Origin: Negaprion brevirostris
Taxonomy: Eukaryota
Direction of reading: 5' to 3'
DNA: 64,000 nt
Assembly (NCBI GenBank): GCA_030324005.1
Contig: JARDVH010000132.1
Location: 76,386,490 to 76,450,489 of the forward strand
Part shown: positions 39,131-52,447 of the stretch, in pieces
Position numbering within the stretch: position 1 is the first letter of the stretch
Layout of the letters: each line of letters starts with the position of its first letter
The notes under the pieces: model-generated
The model's database searches: none
Told to the model about the DNA's origin: nothing
The model's input: only the letters and a program-made list of their open reading frames with translations
Translations under genes and position numbers: made by a program

Positions 39131-39789
39131 CGAAATATACCATCTTCTGTCCTGCACTACAATAGTGAATATGTTTAACAATACCTATTGCCTGCAAAGC
39201 TCTTTGAGGTACCTGGTAGTGATGTATGGCACTGTCTAAATACTGCACAAGTCTTTTTTATTTCCTCTTCCCTTGGTTTGGCATTTATTTTTCTTTATGC
39301 GTTTGAGAAGCACTATGGGACATTTTTCCACATTTATTTTCTTATTGCATCAGCAAATTTAATTTTCAAAAAGGTGATGAAGAAATGACTCAAGAATAAA
39401 ACATAACCACATCTGACAAGTTGGCTCCCAAAAGGATATGTTTATTTCCTTTCAAATCTGGGCATAGTCTAACTTCCAAAAATCTAAGTGGCATTATGTT
39501 TACTTCAGCAGTAACTGGAAAGACAAACATACAATGGAAGGATGGCACTGCAGTGCTGGCATGAATTTATAACTAAGTAGTAGTCAGCGAGCATATGGTG
39601 GTTGGAAGCTTTGAATCATGGGTATTGNNNNNNNNNNNNNNNTGATCACATTTTCATAAATGTGTCGTCTTCAGAATCTGCCTGCTCCTGATTTTTCAAA
39701 AGTTCAAAAATAAGCAGTTTTCTCAGAATTACTTTTCCTACTGTTAGGTTGAAATTGAAGACTGTTTACTCAAAAGTAAGTGCTGACAA

Positions 39790-40480
39790 TTTTAATCCAA
39801 ATCAGCCAGGTGTATGCTGAGGTCTTCCATCTTAATTGACTCTTGTGATGTGGCTGCATCTGGTGGAGTCCCGCTTTAAATGTAGAGATTGGGGTCTGAT
39901 GATGTAATCAAACTCTGACTATAATATTAAATCTTTGTGAAAGCTGCTGTGGCTTTCCTGCCATGTAAAGTCAAAAGGGAACGGATCCAGAAACACAAGA
40001 GGCTATTTACCATAAGTTGCTTTTCAAACTGGCAGTTCATTTTTGGGTTGATAGAAACAGAAAATACTGGAAAATCTCTGCCCTGGCTGGGCCTCATTCC
40101 TATTGATGTCACAGGGGCAGAGCGAAGAGTCAGTCTTGTCTGTGAGAGAGACAGCGTGGGGGTTGACAGGAGTATTCTGGAGATCCATCTGTGACCACCC
40201 TTTGGCAACTGGACTAGCCAAGCGCCAGTATTCCTCAGGGGGTTGGGCTCTGTGATGATGCACACTACAACACAAAGAGTATTTATTAACAGGAAAAAAC
40301 TGTATAGACACCAGCAGCCTCACACTGCCCTGAAGCCACCCACTGTCTTCTATCCAGTCCCTATATGTTTACTCCATGCCTTCAGAGTGTCTTCTGCCAA
40401 TGAGGGACTCCACCCCATTGAGTGATAACCCACTCTCAGTCCCAATTGGTCCATTAAGCCAGATGACCCTCTTCTGCTGT
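39790..40480 (-). mobile_element. Harbinger transposase N-terminal remnant
   Basis: RLLVSIQFF and neighbouring peptides loosely resemble the KV..ALNFF..G.FQ segment; heavily decayed. Confidence 0.4.
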
Positions 40481-41559
40481 GTTGTCCTTAAAGGTACAAT
40501 GATCACAATCACCACAAACTCTCACTAGCGTTTATAACATTTATACAGCAGATGGGCCCTGCATCACATCATGTAAATTCATCAATTCTAATTGCTTAGC
40601 CCCGCTGGCTGTTGATATTTTAGATAACGAGTCCAATTGCAAATGATTTCACAATTTACTGAGTATTACTTTGCTTTCAGCTATTCCAATTGCCAACAAT
40701 CATAAGTGAAATAATANNNNNNNNNNNNNNNNNNNNNNNNNNNNNNNNNNNNNNNNNNNNNNNNNNNNNNNNNNNNNNNNNNNNNNNNNNNNNNNNNNNN
40801 NNNNNNNNNNNNNNNNNNNNNNNNNNNNNNNNNNNNNNNNNNNNNNNNNNNNNNNNNNNNNNNNNNNNNNNNNNNNNNNNNNNNNNNNNNNNNNNNNNNN
40901 NNNNNNNNNNNNNNNNNNNNNNNNNNNNNNNNNNNNNNNNNNNNNNNNNNNNNNNNNNNNNNNNNNNNNNNNNNNNNNNNNNNNNNNNNNNNNNNNNNNN
41001 NNNNNNNNNNNNNNNNNNNNNNNNNNNNNNNNNNNNNNNNNNNNNNNNNNNNNNNNNNNNNNNNNNNNNNNNNNNNNNNNNNNNNNNNNNNNNNNNNNNN
41101 NNNNNNNNNNNNNNNNNNNNNNNNNNNNNNNNNNNNNNNNNNNNNNNNNNNNNNNNNNNNNNNNNNNNNNNNNNNNNNNNNNNNNNNNNNNNNNNNNNNN
41201 NNNNNNNNNNNNNNNNNNNNNNNNNNNNNNNNNNNNNNNNNNNNNNNNNNNNNNNNNNNNNNNNNNNNNNNNNNNNNNNNNNNNNNNNNNNNNNNNNNNN
41301 NNNNNNNNNNNNNNNNNNNNNNNNNNNNNNNNNNNNNNNNNNNNNNNNNNNNNNNNNNNNNNNNNNNNNNNNNNNNNNNNNNNNNNNNNNNNNNNNNNNN
41401 NNNNNNNNNNNNNNNNNNNNNNNNNNNNNNNNNNNNNNNNNNNNNNNNNNNNNNNNNNNNNNNNNNNNNNNNNNNNNNNNNNNNNNNNNNNNNNNNNNNN
41501 NNNNNNNNNNNNNNNNNNNNNNNNNNNNNNNNNNNNNNNNNNNNNNNNNNNNNNNNNNN

Positions 41560-41662
41560 CCGCACTTATTTGCGCGTTAACAGCCCGCCCCACCTCCAGA
41601 TCATTATTCAGGGGCCTATAGACGACACCCACCAGCCTATAGATGACACCCACCAGCAACAA
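41560..41662 (-). mobile_element. CR1 APE fragment with an in-frame 21-bp duplication
   Basis: LLVGVIYRLVGVVYRPLN; ctataga(c/t)gacacccaccagc present twice. Confidence 0.8.
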
Positions 41663-42371
41663 TCATAGTTGTGCACCAAACATCTCCATGAAGACAATAT
41701 GAGAGACACAACATGATTCCTGTTGCTTTCCATCTGCTTTCCATTTATTGTAATGACATTGCGCTCCACGAGATAGAAAAGGTTATGAGCAACAACCCAC
41801 CTTCCCATTCACAAATCTGGAACAAATACTGCAAAAAAGATTTTAAAATGTTCCAGTTAATTTGGGAAACAGCAGCTGCTATTCATGCAGCTGGTATCAA
41901 ACCACTATCCAGATGGATGGATTTGTGAAACACATTGAGCATAAAATACCCCCTTATTGAAACAATGAAAGAGGACTCTGTCTTCCACCTCCATTCAACA
42001 CAATACATAGCTCTCAACCAAATCCACTCATAGGCATGATTGATGACTGCTCTACAAGTGGGATATAAGGTATTTCCAGAAGTGTGGTTGTGGCTGAGTC
42101 CTAGAACATAGAACTCCAGCACATCACACCTTACATCCATTTACCTTATATGCACATCTATTATACTTTTTCTATGTACTTCTTTACATCCTCATTTATC
42201 CATCCATTAGTGTCACTCACCCTGATTCTTATGCAAGTTGATTCCAGTCCCTATTAATGACTCTCAGCCTAGAAATGATATCCATTAAATAATACATCAT
42301 TACACTCATTCTTTCATTGCATGCAAAGACAACACAAAATCCCAGGCAAAACTCTGCTCTCTGTCCTATTT

Positions 42372-43054
42372 TAGATGGTAGAGGATGTAGATTTATAATT
42401 AATCCTACAAGAGAGTATGACAGGGCTAGGTCTACACTTCTGGAAAGCTGCAAAACAATGGTGAATTAGTCATGTAGATGCCTTATTATTGTGCAAACCA
42501 TGTAGACATCACAGTGAAGACTGGAATTCCTGTGAGAGAGGCAGAGTTTCAACAAGATTGTTTGACTCACAGTGTTTACTGATTCTGGGTGGGTTGTTGA
42601 GAAATCCATGGAATCTGTCTTAGTCACATCTGCAATTTATTGTGCAGTGTGGTATGCTTGACCATAGTTTGCCTTTAATTCACATGTACCAGATATTAAC
42701 TCTGAATCTTGCATCATAGAGTAGACATTGTAAGTTGTTTTATCTTTCTGATCTTGTATAATAAAGATTACTTCTGTTTGTTCAAGGCAAATGGAATTAT
42801 GTGGCTTTATTTTCATGGTAAGTGCTTTGAATCTCAAACATTGTCTAATTTAAACAAAAAGTTACTGGTCCAAAATTGGATCATGCCAAAAACCCAGGGG
42901 TCTGGTCCAGGATTCTAGCCTTCACTGTGGTCTCTACATGGTTCGCACAACAATAAAGCACCTATGTGACTAACTCATCTTTCTGGAAGTGTAGACTTAG
43001 CCCTGCCATACTCTCTTGTAGAGTTACCCATAAGCCTACATCCTCTACCATCTA
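42372..43054. repeat. long inverted repeat, probable ancient MITE
   Basis: 42372-42532 aligns by eye to the reverse complement of 42908-43054 at roughly 84% identity, with one ~12-nt indel. Confidence 0.9.
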
Positions 43055-43764
43055 GAGGATAAATTGAGGGCTCGCGCAGGATTTCAAATCTACAGATAGA
43101 TACAAATCCTACTGAGGTTACGGTTGACAGGATTTCCGTGGTGACTTTTACTATACTGATTGAAAAGCAGAATGGCTTTGTCAATTGCTTTTACATTTCT
43201 GGAGAGGGAAGATTTATCCCTGAGCGATTTTCGACAATTAACCAAGGGTAGGTTATTCGCTTTAGGTGAACTTAGAGTTAAAAGCTTGGGGTCTCATCCC
43301 AAACCTATCTCACTGAGAAACTTGGCATGACACTGGGTGGGGAGCACAGGACAATGTTAACTTTAAATTAGAAGTGCTAAACTGATCAGTTTATCAAATG
43401 CATTAGTTCAATTTACATTGTCACGATGTCCCTGCCTTAAAATTTTGCATATTCCCACAATTTAAAATAAATAACCAGAACATTACCAGCAGAAAATATT
43501 CTAATTTCTTGTATTTCTCTGATATTTTCATGACACCAATATTTTCCTGATAACTGTTTCACTGCCCCAGGCAGACAACAGGTGTAAGTATTTGCAGAGT
43601 GCACATACCTGCCTTTACTTGTGCCTTAGGAGAGGAAGAGAGAAATGTTTCCAAAGAATATTTACTTCTGTTGGTCCAAAAGAACAAAGGAAAACTGCAT
43701 TATCTGCCAATTGGACTCTTCTGCAGGTGACTCAAGAATGTCAATTTAAAAGCAAAATATTCAA

Positions 43765-43875
43765 GGGCTGGAAATTTGAAATAAAAATAGAAAATGCTGG
43801 AAATGCTCAGAAGGGTTGGCAATATCCGTGGAGAGAGAAGGCATTTAGGGTGGATAAGCTTCCAACAGAACTTTC
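43765..43875 (-). mobile_element. Penelope-like 3' end
   Basis: aaaatagaaaatgctggaaatgctcag...tccgtggagagagaa is the reverse complement of the end type seen at 34715. Confidence 0.55.
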
Positions 43876-45224
43876 ACTTGAAATATAAATCTAAGTTTGG
43901 CTTTTTGTTATTAGAAGAACCAAATAAGACCATCAACAATGAGAAATCAGGAACAAAACATTACTGTGATTTAGAAAGAGCGTTGCTTATGATTGCATTT
44001 TGATTTTAACATGTGGGGTCATTTTAACTTAATCCGCCTGGGGGGATCTGATCGGATCTGTTCAGGCGCCAGCTTTACAATCTGCTCCATTTCACTTCCT
44101 TCCTACTGAAATCACAGAAAGTGAAAATGACCTCCCATGGGCTTAAACCACACTCTGCAGTATTTATAATGAATGCATCAATAAGTTTGTACAAAGTTTC
44201 CAGGGCCAATATTTTGCAGGAATCATTAAACCAAAGACATTGGGTGTGATTCTCCAATCCCTTCAGGTGGCTGGCGGGATTCCTGATGTCCCAGTGAATG
44301 GGGTGTTGGCCACAAATCAGGATTCCCACTAGGCATGAGGGTTCTTGGGATTCACCCAACCTACCCTGCCAGTCCTGATTGGGTTCGTGCACAGAGTGGG
44401 TGGCAATCCGATAATTTTGCAAACTCACTACTCTGAATGTCGTTAGCGGGTTTGACAGGCCATTCACCAGCCTCTTGCCATTCCCCTGACCCACCAGCCG
44501 GAATGACACTGGGAGGACTTTATATGTGCTACCTATAAGCAGTGACATGGTGTGCTGGACCCCAAGGGTCCAGAGAAGAACCATCAATCGCTCAGAAAAG
44601 AGGGGCTTCTCCCTTCCTCCCACCACTCAAATCACAAGTCACCTCTACCCCGACAATACGCAGACGCGAGGGTGACCCAACCTAAGCCCTCTTCCCTTTC
44701 AGACTACTTACTCAGCCCCACCTCCCCTTCAGATCCCCCACCAACCCCTCCCACCTCAGAACCCCCCACAATAACCACCCCCCCCTCCTCAGATAACCAC
44801 CATCCCACTCAGCCTCCCTTCAGGCCACTCGCCTTGGCAGTGCTAACAGTTCATTGTCCCCTGGCAGCCTGGCATTGACAACATGACCTAGTGCCTTGGG
44901 CCCTGAGGGGGCTCGAGCAGATAGGTCCAGTGGCCAATTGCCCCTTTGCTGCTTCCAGGCTGCAGAGGAAGGGTCCTTCAAGGATCCTGAAGATTGGGTG
45001 GGCTCGGGCTGGGAGCAAGGGGTTGACTTTGCAAACTATCCATTGGGATGGGTGTGTTCTGGCTGGACTGCCCCTTCTAGCCTTGACAGACCTGTGAGGG
45101 GATTTGGGGGTGAGGCAGGGGGAATGTTCCAGTCTGTCCAGCTGTCCACTTAGCTCTAATGTACACATGCAGTTTTGATTTGAAGTTGCTGAGGGTTCCC
45201 AGCAAACTGAAATCATTGAAACCC

Positions 45225-45500
45225 TCTTCCTTGCACTTTGATCTGTAATAAGTGCCTCGGAAAAGTTTCTGTTGTCAGAACAATGGAGTTTTATTATCCT
45301 CCAGCCACCAGTGTTTATTTTGATTTCCCTTCAGCCTGTGGTTTCTGTCAATCAGGCTTGGACTCGACCAACATTATGGTCAGGAACAACGCGATATTTG
45401 AGGTGCAGTCAATCCTGAAGGTGGGACGGAGCATGCCTCTCTTTGGTGAGGGGTTGGCAGTGCTCCTCTGGTCAGAGTAAGGAGCACCATTTCATTTTTT
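45225..45500 (-). mobile_element. possible Tx1/L1 3' ORF2 relic
   Basis: Weak peptide similarity only (..INTGGWRII..). Confidence 0.3.
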
Positions 45501-46629
45501 GCATGGGAGGGGCCCTGTCTCCGATTGCGGGGTTTGGGGAACCATTTATGAATGGCAATCCAGTTTCGAAACAGTGGTGCTGGCCAGAATTGTTCGAAAT
45601 GAGCTCATNNNNNNNNNNNNNNNNNNNNNNNNNNNNNNNNNNNNNNNNNNNNNNNNNNNNNNNNNNNNNNNNNNNNNNNNNNNNNNNNNNNNNNNNNNNN
45701 NNNNNNNNNNNNNNNNNNNNNNNNNNNNNNNNNNNNNNNNNNNNNNNNNNNNNNNNNNNNNNNNNNNNNNNNNNNNNNNNNNNNNNNNNNNNNNNNNNNN
45801 NNNNNNNNNNNNNNNNNNNNNNNNNNNNNNNNNNNNNNNNNNNNNNNNNNNNNNNNNNNNNNNNNNNNNNNNNNNNNNNNNNNNNNNNNNNNNNNNNNNN
45901 NNNNNNNNNNNNNNNNNNNNNNNNNNNNNNNNNNNNNNNNNNNNNNNNNNNNNNNNNNNNNNNNNNNNNNNNNNNNNNNNNNNNNNNNNNNNNNNNNNNN
46001 NNNNNNNNNNNNNNNNNNNNNNNNNNNNNNNNNNNNNNNNNNNNNNNNNNNNNNNNNNNNNNNNNGTCTCTCTTCACTCCAGCAGGGTGCCTGCCAGATC
46101 CCCCTTCGTGGGGAACTGTTGTAAACCTTGCTGGAACGAAGTGCTCCTGGCAGGAGGGGATATGCTAGCAAGCCTAGAGACTTCAGTCCCAGGGTTTATT
46201 CAATCTAATGCGATTGAAATCCAAATTTAAATATCTAAATTAGGAAATCAGCACAGAGCTAATTATTCCAAAAATCTTTGTGGGAGACATGTGGAGGCTA
46301 GCGGGGAGCCCTCTAAACGATCTGCACTGATGTCTCCTGGAAGAATCGTCCCCATCATATTATTCTCCTTGGTAATACATATAAGCCCCTATCTTATAGA
46401 CTGTTAACGAAGTCTTCACATTATTTGACATGAAATTAATAAAAAGAAACAGAACTAACAATTTGCTCAGAGTTTCTGGCTGGATTAGTTTCAATCATGT
46501 TTTCTGAAAAACAGATCATTTTACACTATAAAACAAAAGAAGAAAAGAACAATGATTATTGGTTCTGACTAAATTTGATGAGTTTTATATTTTACGAACA
46601 TATTTCATTCTGTAACATTAAAATAACAT

Positions 46630-46749
46630 GGGGGTGAAATTTGACTCGACAACAATGCAAGGGTTGGTGAATAAGCTGTCTGTTTTACACCTGGCCTGAA
46701 ATCTGCCAACACCTGTTTTGCATTACCTCTGAAGTTGAATTTCATTCCC
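46630..46749. mobile_element. short palindromic MITE
   Basis: TIRs ggggtgaaatt / aatttcattccc. Confidence 0.55.
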
Positions 46750-47240
46750 ACGCATTCTGAGGTCTTCTATATGTAGCTCACCAAGGTGTTGTTAATGTTT
46801 ATAGGGCCTGCATAGAATCCATCATATCTTATATTAACAGCATGTTGTAAAAGAGCATATTTTGTGTCACGCTGGGAAGCTACCCACAAGAGTCCTCAAC
46901 CACTATTATTGTAATAGCATCACACAAGAGGAATGCAATAAAGAATTCATATTGCAATGACACATACCCATGATATTTATCTCAATTCCACATTCATTAA
47001 AAGGATCGCTAAACACTTTACCGCAGTTCAGGATTTGTTCCAATCGTTGCAACTATCTGCCAGCTTCTAATACAGCTGTGAACATTAAATACCAAAGCAG
47101 GGTTTTCCTTCTCCAGCATAGACTATGGGTTTCAGACTCTTGTTGATTTTAATATTTTTCTTGTTTATGGTCATTAAAATAAGACAGCAGAGTTTATTGC
47201 AAGCCTAAAATCTTGTAATTTTATCAAATTCATCACTTGT

Positions 47241-47540
47241 GGGTGGCATGGTAGCACAATGTTTAGCACTGCTGCCTCACAGCACCAGGGACCAGGGTTC
47301 AATTACCAGCTTGCATCACTGTCTTTTGCACGTGCTCCCTGTGCCTGTGTGGGTATCCCCTGGGTGCTCCAGTTTTCTTCCACAGACCGAAAGACATGAT
47401 GGGTAAGTGCATTGGCCATGCGAAATTCTCCCTCAATGTATCCGAACAGGTGCCGCAGTGTGGCAACTAAAGGATTTTCACAGTAATTTCATTGCAGTGT
47501 TAACGTAAGCTTACTTGTAATGATAATAAATAAACTTTAA
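47241..47540 (+). mobile_element. HE1-like V-SINE, alternative-tail subtype
   Basis: HE1 head; tail ggattttcacagtaatttcattgcagtgttaacg...aataaataaac as at 4195. Confidence 0.88.
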
Positions 47541-47784
47541 ATTTCAACTCACCAATAACACCATATTATCTACAATAGTTCATTCCATAAAATTGAATAA
47601 CTTTCCTCACTATGATATATGAATTGCTTTGGTTCTTTTGTACACTGTCAGAATGATTATTCTTCATGAAGAGGGGGGTGAGGTATAAACAAATCATATA
47701 TGGCATGTTATCAAATGACTCTGACAGAGTTTGGGTGGATACTGTTAGTGCAACAATGATTTGATAACACAAACATCACACACC

Positions 47785-48020
47785 ACTTGCCTTCTTGTTA
47801 TGTTGGCCTTCATCACAGGGGGATTTGAGTACAGGAGTAAAGATGTCCTGCTGCAATTGTATACAGCATTGATGACACCTTACTTGGAGTATTGCATACA
47901 GTTTGTCTCCTTATCTAAAGAAGGATGCATTTGTCATTGAGTGAGTGCAACAGAGGTTCTCAGACTAATCTCTGGGATGGCAGTCTTTTTTTATCAGGAG
48001 AGGTATAGAGACCAGACCTG
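47785..48020 (+). mobile_element. CR1 RT C-terminal fragment
   Basis: MLAFITGGFEYRSKDVLLQL...LEYCIQF. Confidence 0.85.
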
Positions 48021-48599
48021 TATTTCCTCATTTTACTCATATAAAAAATAGATGGTTATTAAAAGTACTAATGGCCCCAGATGGATGATGAGTCCTAGAT
48101 TGCAGTTGTGCCATTTATGTTGTTACATCTTGTTAATTAGAGCACAGTAAAACAAGAAAACACAAATAACTATATTTATCTAAATTATAATCTGAGGTTG
48201 GAACCAAATAGATGGTAAAACAGTAATTCTTTGCAATGTCTACAGGCTATTCTTTGATTATAATAATAGTACAAACAAATAATAATTGTAGAAAATTGTA
48301 TAAAGAATTAAAGCATTTTTGACTTATTTTCTATTATTCATCCCTGTTTTTGGATTAGTTTGGGGGGATCCATCAGTTTAATAATTTGATTTGGTTTCCA
48401 CTTCATCTAGAAAAGTAAATGCTGCTCCAGAAACCCCAAGGAAAGAGGTGTGGGGAACCCAAACACATGGCAATTTTCCAAGGGGATTACAGTGAATGGA
48501 TTGATGAGAGGCAGAATGAAGGATTGTTGTGGGGAGTAGAGTAATGAGAGAGAGATGTAATGAGAGATTACTGTGCCGGATACGAAAAACAATCAGTGA

Positions 48600-49435
48600 T
48601 AGCTATAATCAGAAGGTGGAAGGGAAAGAGGAACTTGGTGAAATTACAAACACTAGGGAAGTGATGCAGAGCAAACCAATGGAGCTGCTGACTGACAAAT
48701 CTCCAGGTCCTGAGGGATTTCATCCTAAGGTCCTAACGAGGTGACTAATGAGGTATAGGGATGCATTGGTGTAAATTTCACAAAATTCACTGAATCCTAG
48801 AAAGGTTCCATCAGACTGGAAAGCACCAAATACAACCCTTCTATTCAGGAAGGAGGGCTGCATACAGGAAAGCAAAGGTTACTTCACTTCATATCTGCTG
48901 TTCAGTAGGTTCTGGAATCAATCATTCAGGAGGTTATGATTGAGTACTTGGAAAACTTAGGAAGAGCCAGTATGGCTTTGTGAAAGGGAAATCAGGTTTA
49001 ACCAATTTATTGGAGTTGTATGAAGGGGTAACGTGTTATGGATGAAGGGGAATGCGTAGATGTACCATATTTCAATTTCCATAAAACTTGATAAAGTGAA
49101 ACATCAATGGTTATCATGAGAAATAAAATCTCATGATGTAGGGGGTAACATATTAGCATGGATTGAAGAGTGGTTGGCTAGCAAAAAACAAAGGGAATGC
49201 ATAAATGGATCTTTTTCTCATTGGCAGAGTGTGATGAGTGGAATCCTACAGGGGGTCTCTGCTGGGGCCTCAACTTTTTACTATATATACCACAAACTTA
49301 GATTAGGGAGTGAGGACATGGTAGATAAATTTACAGAAGACACAAGGATAGGCAGGAAAGTATACTGTGAGGAGAACATAAGGAGGTTGCAGATGGATAT
49401 ATATAGGTTGTGTGAGTGTACAAAAATCTGGTAGA
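48600..49435 (+). mobile_element. CR1 RT fragment
   Basis: DKSPGPEGFHPKVL, QYGFVKGKS, KFTEDTRIG (FADD relic); paralogous to 32.3-33.1 kb. Confidence 0.9.
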
Positions 49436-49445
49436 TTATCATAAT

Positions 49446-49572
49446 GGGTGGGATTTTACAGCCTTACTCATCCCAAAATGGTAAAATCCCACCTGATGTC
49501 AACAGACCTTCCCATTGTCCGCTCCTCATACACTCCGATTCCTGTGATGGACGGGCACTAAAATTGTGGCCA
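49446..49572 (-). mobile_element. short MITE
   Basis: Reverse complement of the 28787 family. Confidence 0.65.
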
Positions 49573-49769
49573 AAGTGTCTGAATTCCTTATTTTATTTCT
49601 ACCCATTGTTTAATTATTCAAAATTCTATATGTTAGTTTTTGCAGTCTGACAATTTAGATGCAGTCCAAGTGGTCTGCTTTAGAATTCTGAAACTCAAAG
49701 TCACATCAGAATCTCCAACGTGAACAATCCCAAGCAGTTTAAGCGTTTCTTACAATTTTTATTCTTGAG

Positions 49770-50180
49770 ATTAGAAACAAACATGCAAACGTGAATTAAG
49801 AGCAGAAGCTGGCCACTCAGCCCCTCGAGCCTGCTCCCACCTTCAATGACATCATGACTGACCTGATTGTAATTTCAACCCACATTCCTGCATATCTCCA
49901 ATAACCTTTCATTCCCTTGTTAACCAAGAATCTACCACGCTCTGCCTTAAAAATATTATTATTCAGATTCTACTTCCCACAGTCTTTTGAGGAACAGACT
50001 CACAACATTTTGAGAAAGAAATGAACTCTGCCTTAAATGAACGAGCCGTTTTTATGAAACAGTGAGCTCTAGTTTGAGATTCTCTGACAAAGGGAAACAT
50101 CCTCTCCATGTCCACCCTCTTAATACCCCTCAGGGTCTTTAAGATTTGATCAAGTTGCCTCTTACTCTTCTAAAATCTAG
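49770..50180 (-). mobile_element. CR1 3' end
   Basis: gagcagaagctggccactcagcccctcgagcctgctcc tail on the plus strand. Confidence 0.85.
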
Positions 50181-50526
50181 TGGAGTATTATCTTGGCAAC
50201 TTGACTATCCTATGCTTTCAAGGATCATAGTTTTCTTCCTTTGGCCTCATTACCTGCTAGAAACATAGGGCTTGAAAAGCCAGAAGTCAGCAATCCCACC
50301 ACTAATGCTAGGAAGGCAAACATGAATGGTGGAAAGGATTCGATAGGGTCTTTTAAGAGACTTTTGGATAAGTACATGGAACTTAGTAAGATAGAGGGGA
50401 TAGGTATGCCTAGTAGGTAGGGACATGTTCAGCGCAACTTGTGGGCCGAAGGGCCTGTTTGTGCTGTAGATTTTCTATCTTTCGAGGTAACAGACTAGCG
50501 ACCTGTTCCAGGTAAAAAAAAAGACA

Positions 50527-50738
50527 GAGGCAATGGTCTTACGGTATTATTGCCAGACTATTAATCCAGAAACGCAGTAAATGTTTTGGGGACCTGAATT
50601 TGAATCTGGCCACGACAGATGGTGGAATTTAAATTCAATTAAATATATTTGGAATTAAGAATATACCAATGGCCATGAAACCATTGTCAATTGTTGGAAA
50701 AACTCCTCTGGTTTACTAATGACCTTTAGGGAAGGAAA
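50527..50738 (+). mobile_element. SINE family B 5' half, followed by a minus-strand CR1 tail
   Basis: agactattaatccagaaac...tttagggaaggaaat, then agaacaaagaacaaag. Confidence 0.8.
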
Positions 50739-51945
50739 TAGAACAAAGAACAAAGACAATTGTATCACAGGAACAGGCCCTTCAGTCCTCCAGTCCGNNN
50801 NNNNNNNNNNNNNNNNNNNNNNNNNNNNNNNNNNNNNNNNNNNNNNNNNNNNNNNNNNNNNNNNNNNNNNNNNNNNNNNNNNNNNNNNNNNNNNNNNGCC
50901 ACAACCATTTGCCATCTATAATCATCAAAGAATTAGTTCCTCCTTCTCAAATCTAGTGGAAATTAAATGCAAAGACTTTTTCACATTTCATGCCAGGACT
51001 TAGCTGTCCATCTGGTTATGTGCAGATTAAACATAAATGCCTTGTCAATGGCTCTTTGCCAGAGATGTTGAATGATGTGATGGGCTTAGATAGTCTACAT
51101 ATCCCAAGGCATGATTCCTTTGCTTCTCCTCTCATGTACAGGATCACAGATGTTAAGAAACAGGTGGTGAGATGATCCTCACTGTGATCCATAGAGTACA
51201 AAGAAAATCAGGAGCCTTTAGTTTTACACTACAAAGTGAATTTAAATTAAGATACAATGCACAGCAAAGTTTTTATTCCAAGAGATATATAATCAGGCTT
51301 AATGCATTGGCCTGGAATTTGCAAAGATTACAAGAGTGAGGTTATCAGTTCTCTCTGTTATGACTGAGGAAATCTGACAGAAGCTTCTGGAATACAGATA
51401 GTGCAGACAAACTCATAAATTGCTGTGAGAGGTACCCTACTCCTCAATAGTCAGCAGCCTTTGCCATTAAACTCAACATTGAAATAGCTGCACTGGTGTG
51501 AACTTAGGACATTTAGTCAGGAGTTCTCAACTGAAAATGGCTGAGAATGTGAGGGCTCATGCAATTTGGAACAATTGAGATTTTAATGGCATGATTACTT
51601 CTGAACAACCTCTCTGGTTTGGAAAATGCTACCCTGTGTTTGTGGAACCTCATTCCCTCTGGAAAAAATAGCATTGGAAATGTGAAAAGGTTTTATTTTG
51701 CTTTTTCTGTTTATCTCCCCTCCATTCTCCGATTATCTTGCTCAATGTTTTTTTTCTACACATCCCACTTATATTTAGTTCATATTTGCTGTTTTATGCT
51801 TCCTGATTTGGACCCAGAGGGCACAATTTTAACATTGTGCAGATGAGTAGGTTTTGAATGCATTAAATGAGTGTTTCAGTAAAGATTCTTCAGTCAAATA
51901 GATTGCAGAGCTTCACTATTGCTTGCCCTGTTCACGACTATACAG

Positions 51946-52290
51946 GGGAAGCAATAGCCAAGTCTCACTAGACTATTAATCCAGAAACTCAGCAAATGTT
52001 CAGGGGACCTGGATTTGAATTCAATAAAAAAAATCTAGAATTAAAATTCTACTGATGTCCATGAAACCATTGTCGATTGTCATAAAAAGCCATCTGGTTT
52101 ACTAATGCCCTTGAGGGAAAGAAATCTGCTGTCTTTACCTGGTCTGGCCTACATGTGACTCCAGAGCCACAGCGATGTGGTTGACTCTCAGCTACCCTCT
52201 GAAAGGACCCAGCAAGCCACTCAGTTCAAGGTCAACGAGGGATGAGCAATAAATGCTGGCCAGCCAGCGATGCTCATGTCCCACAAATAA
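51946..52290 (+). mobile_element. SINE family B
   Basis: Full body and tail matching 2777-3172. Confidence 0.88.
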
Positions 52291-52447
52291 ATTTTAGAAA
52301 CTCACTATGGAATCAGATGAAAATCTGCCTTGAGCACTACTAGATGCAGAAAGAGAAGCAACAACATGTAGCACTTCACACTTGTCTGTATAAAATTTCA
52401 TCAGTCTTTGTTCTTCTCATAATACATGTTTTGTTCAAACACTTCTA

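Noticed and set aside
43213-43233. FIPERF, resembling the cytochrome P450 PERF motif
   Set aside because: No ExxR or heme-binding FxxGxxxCxG exon found, and the upstream context does not fit a P450.
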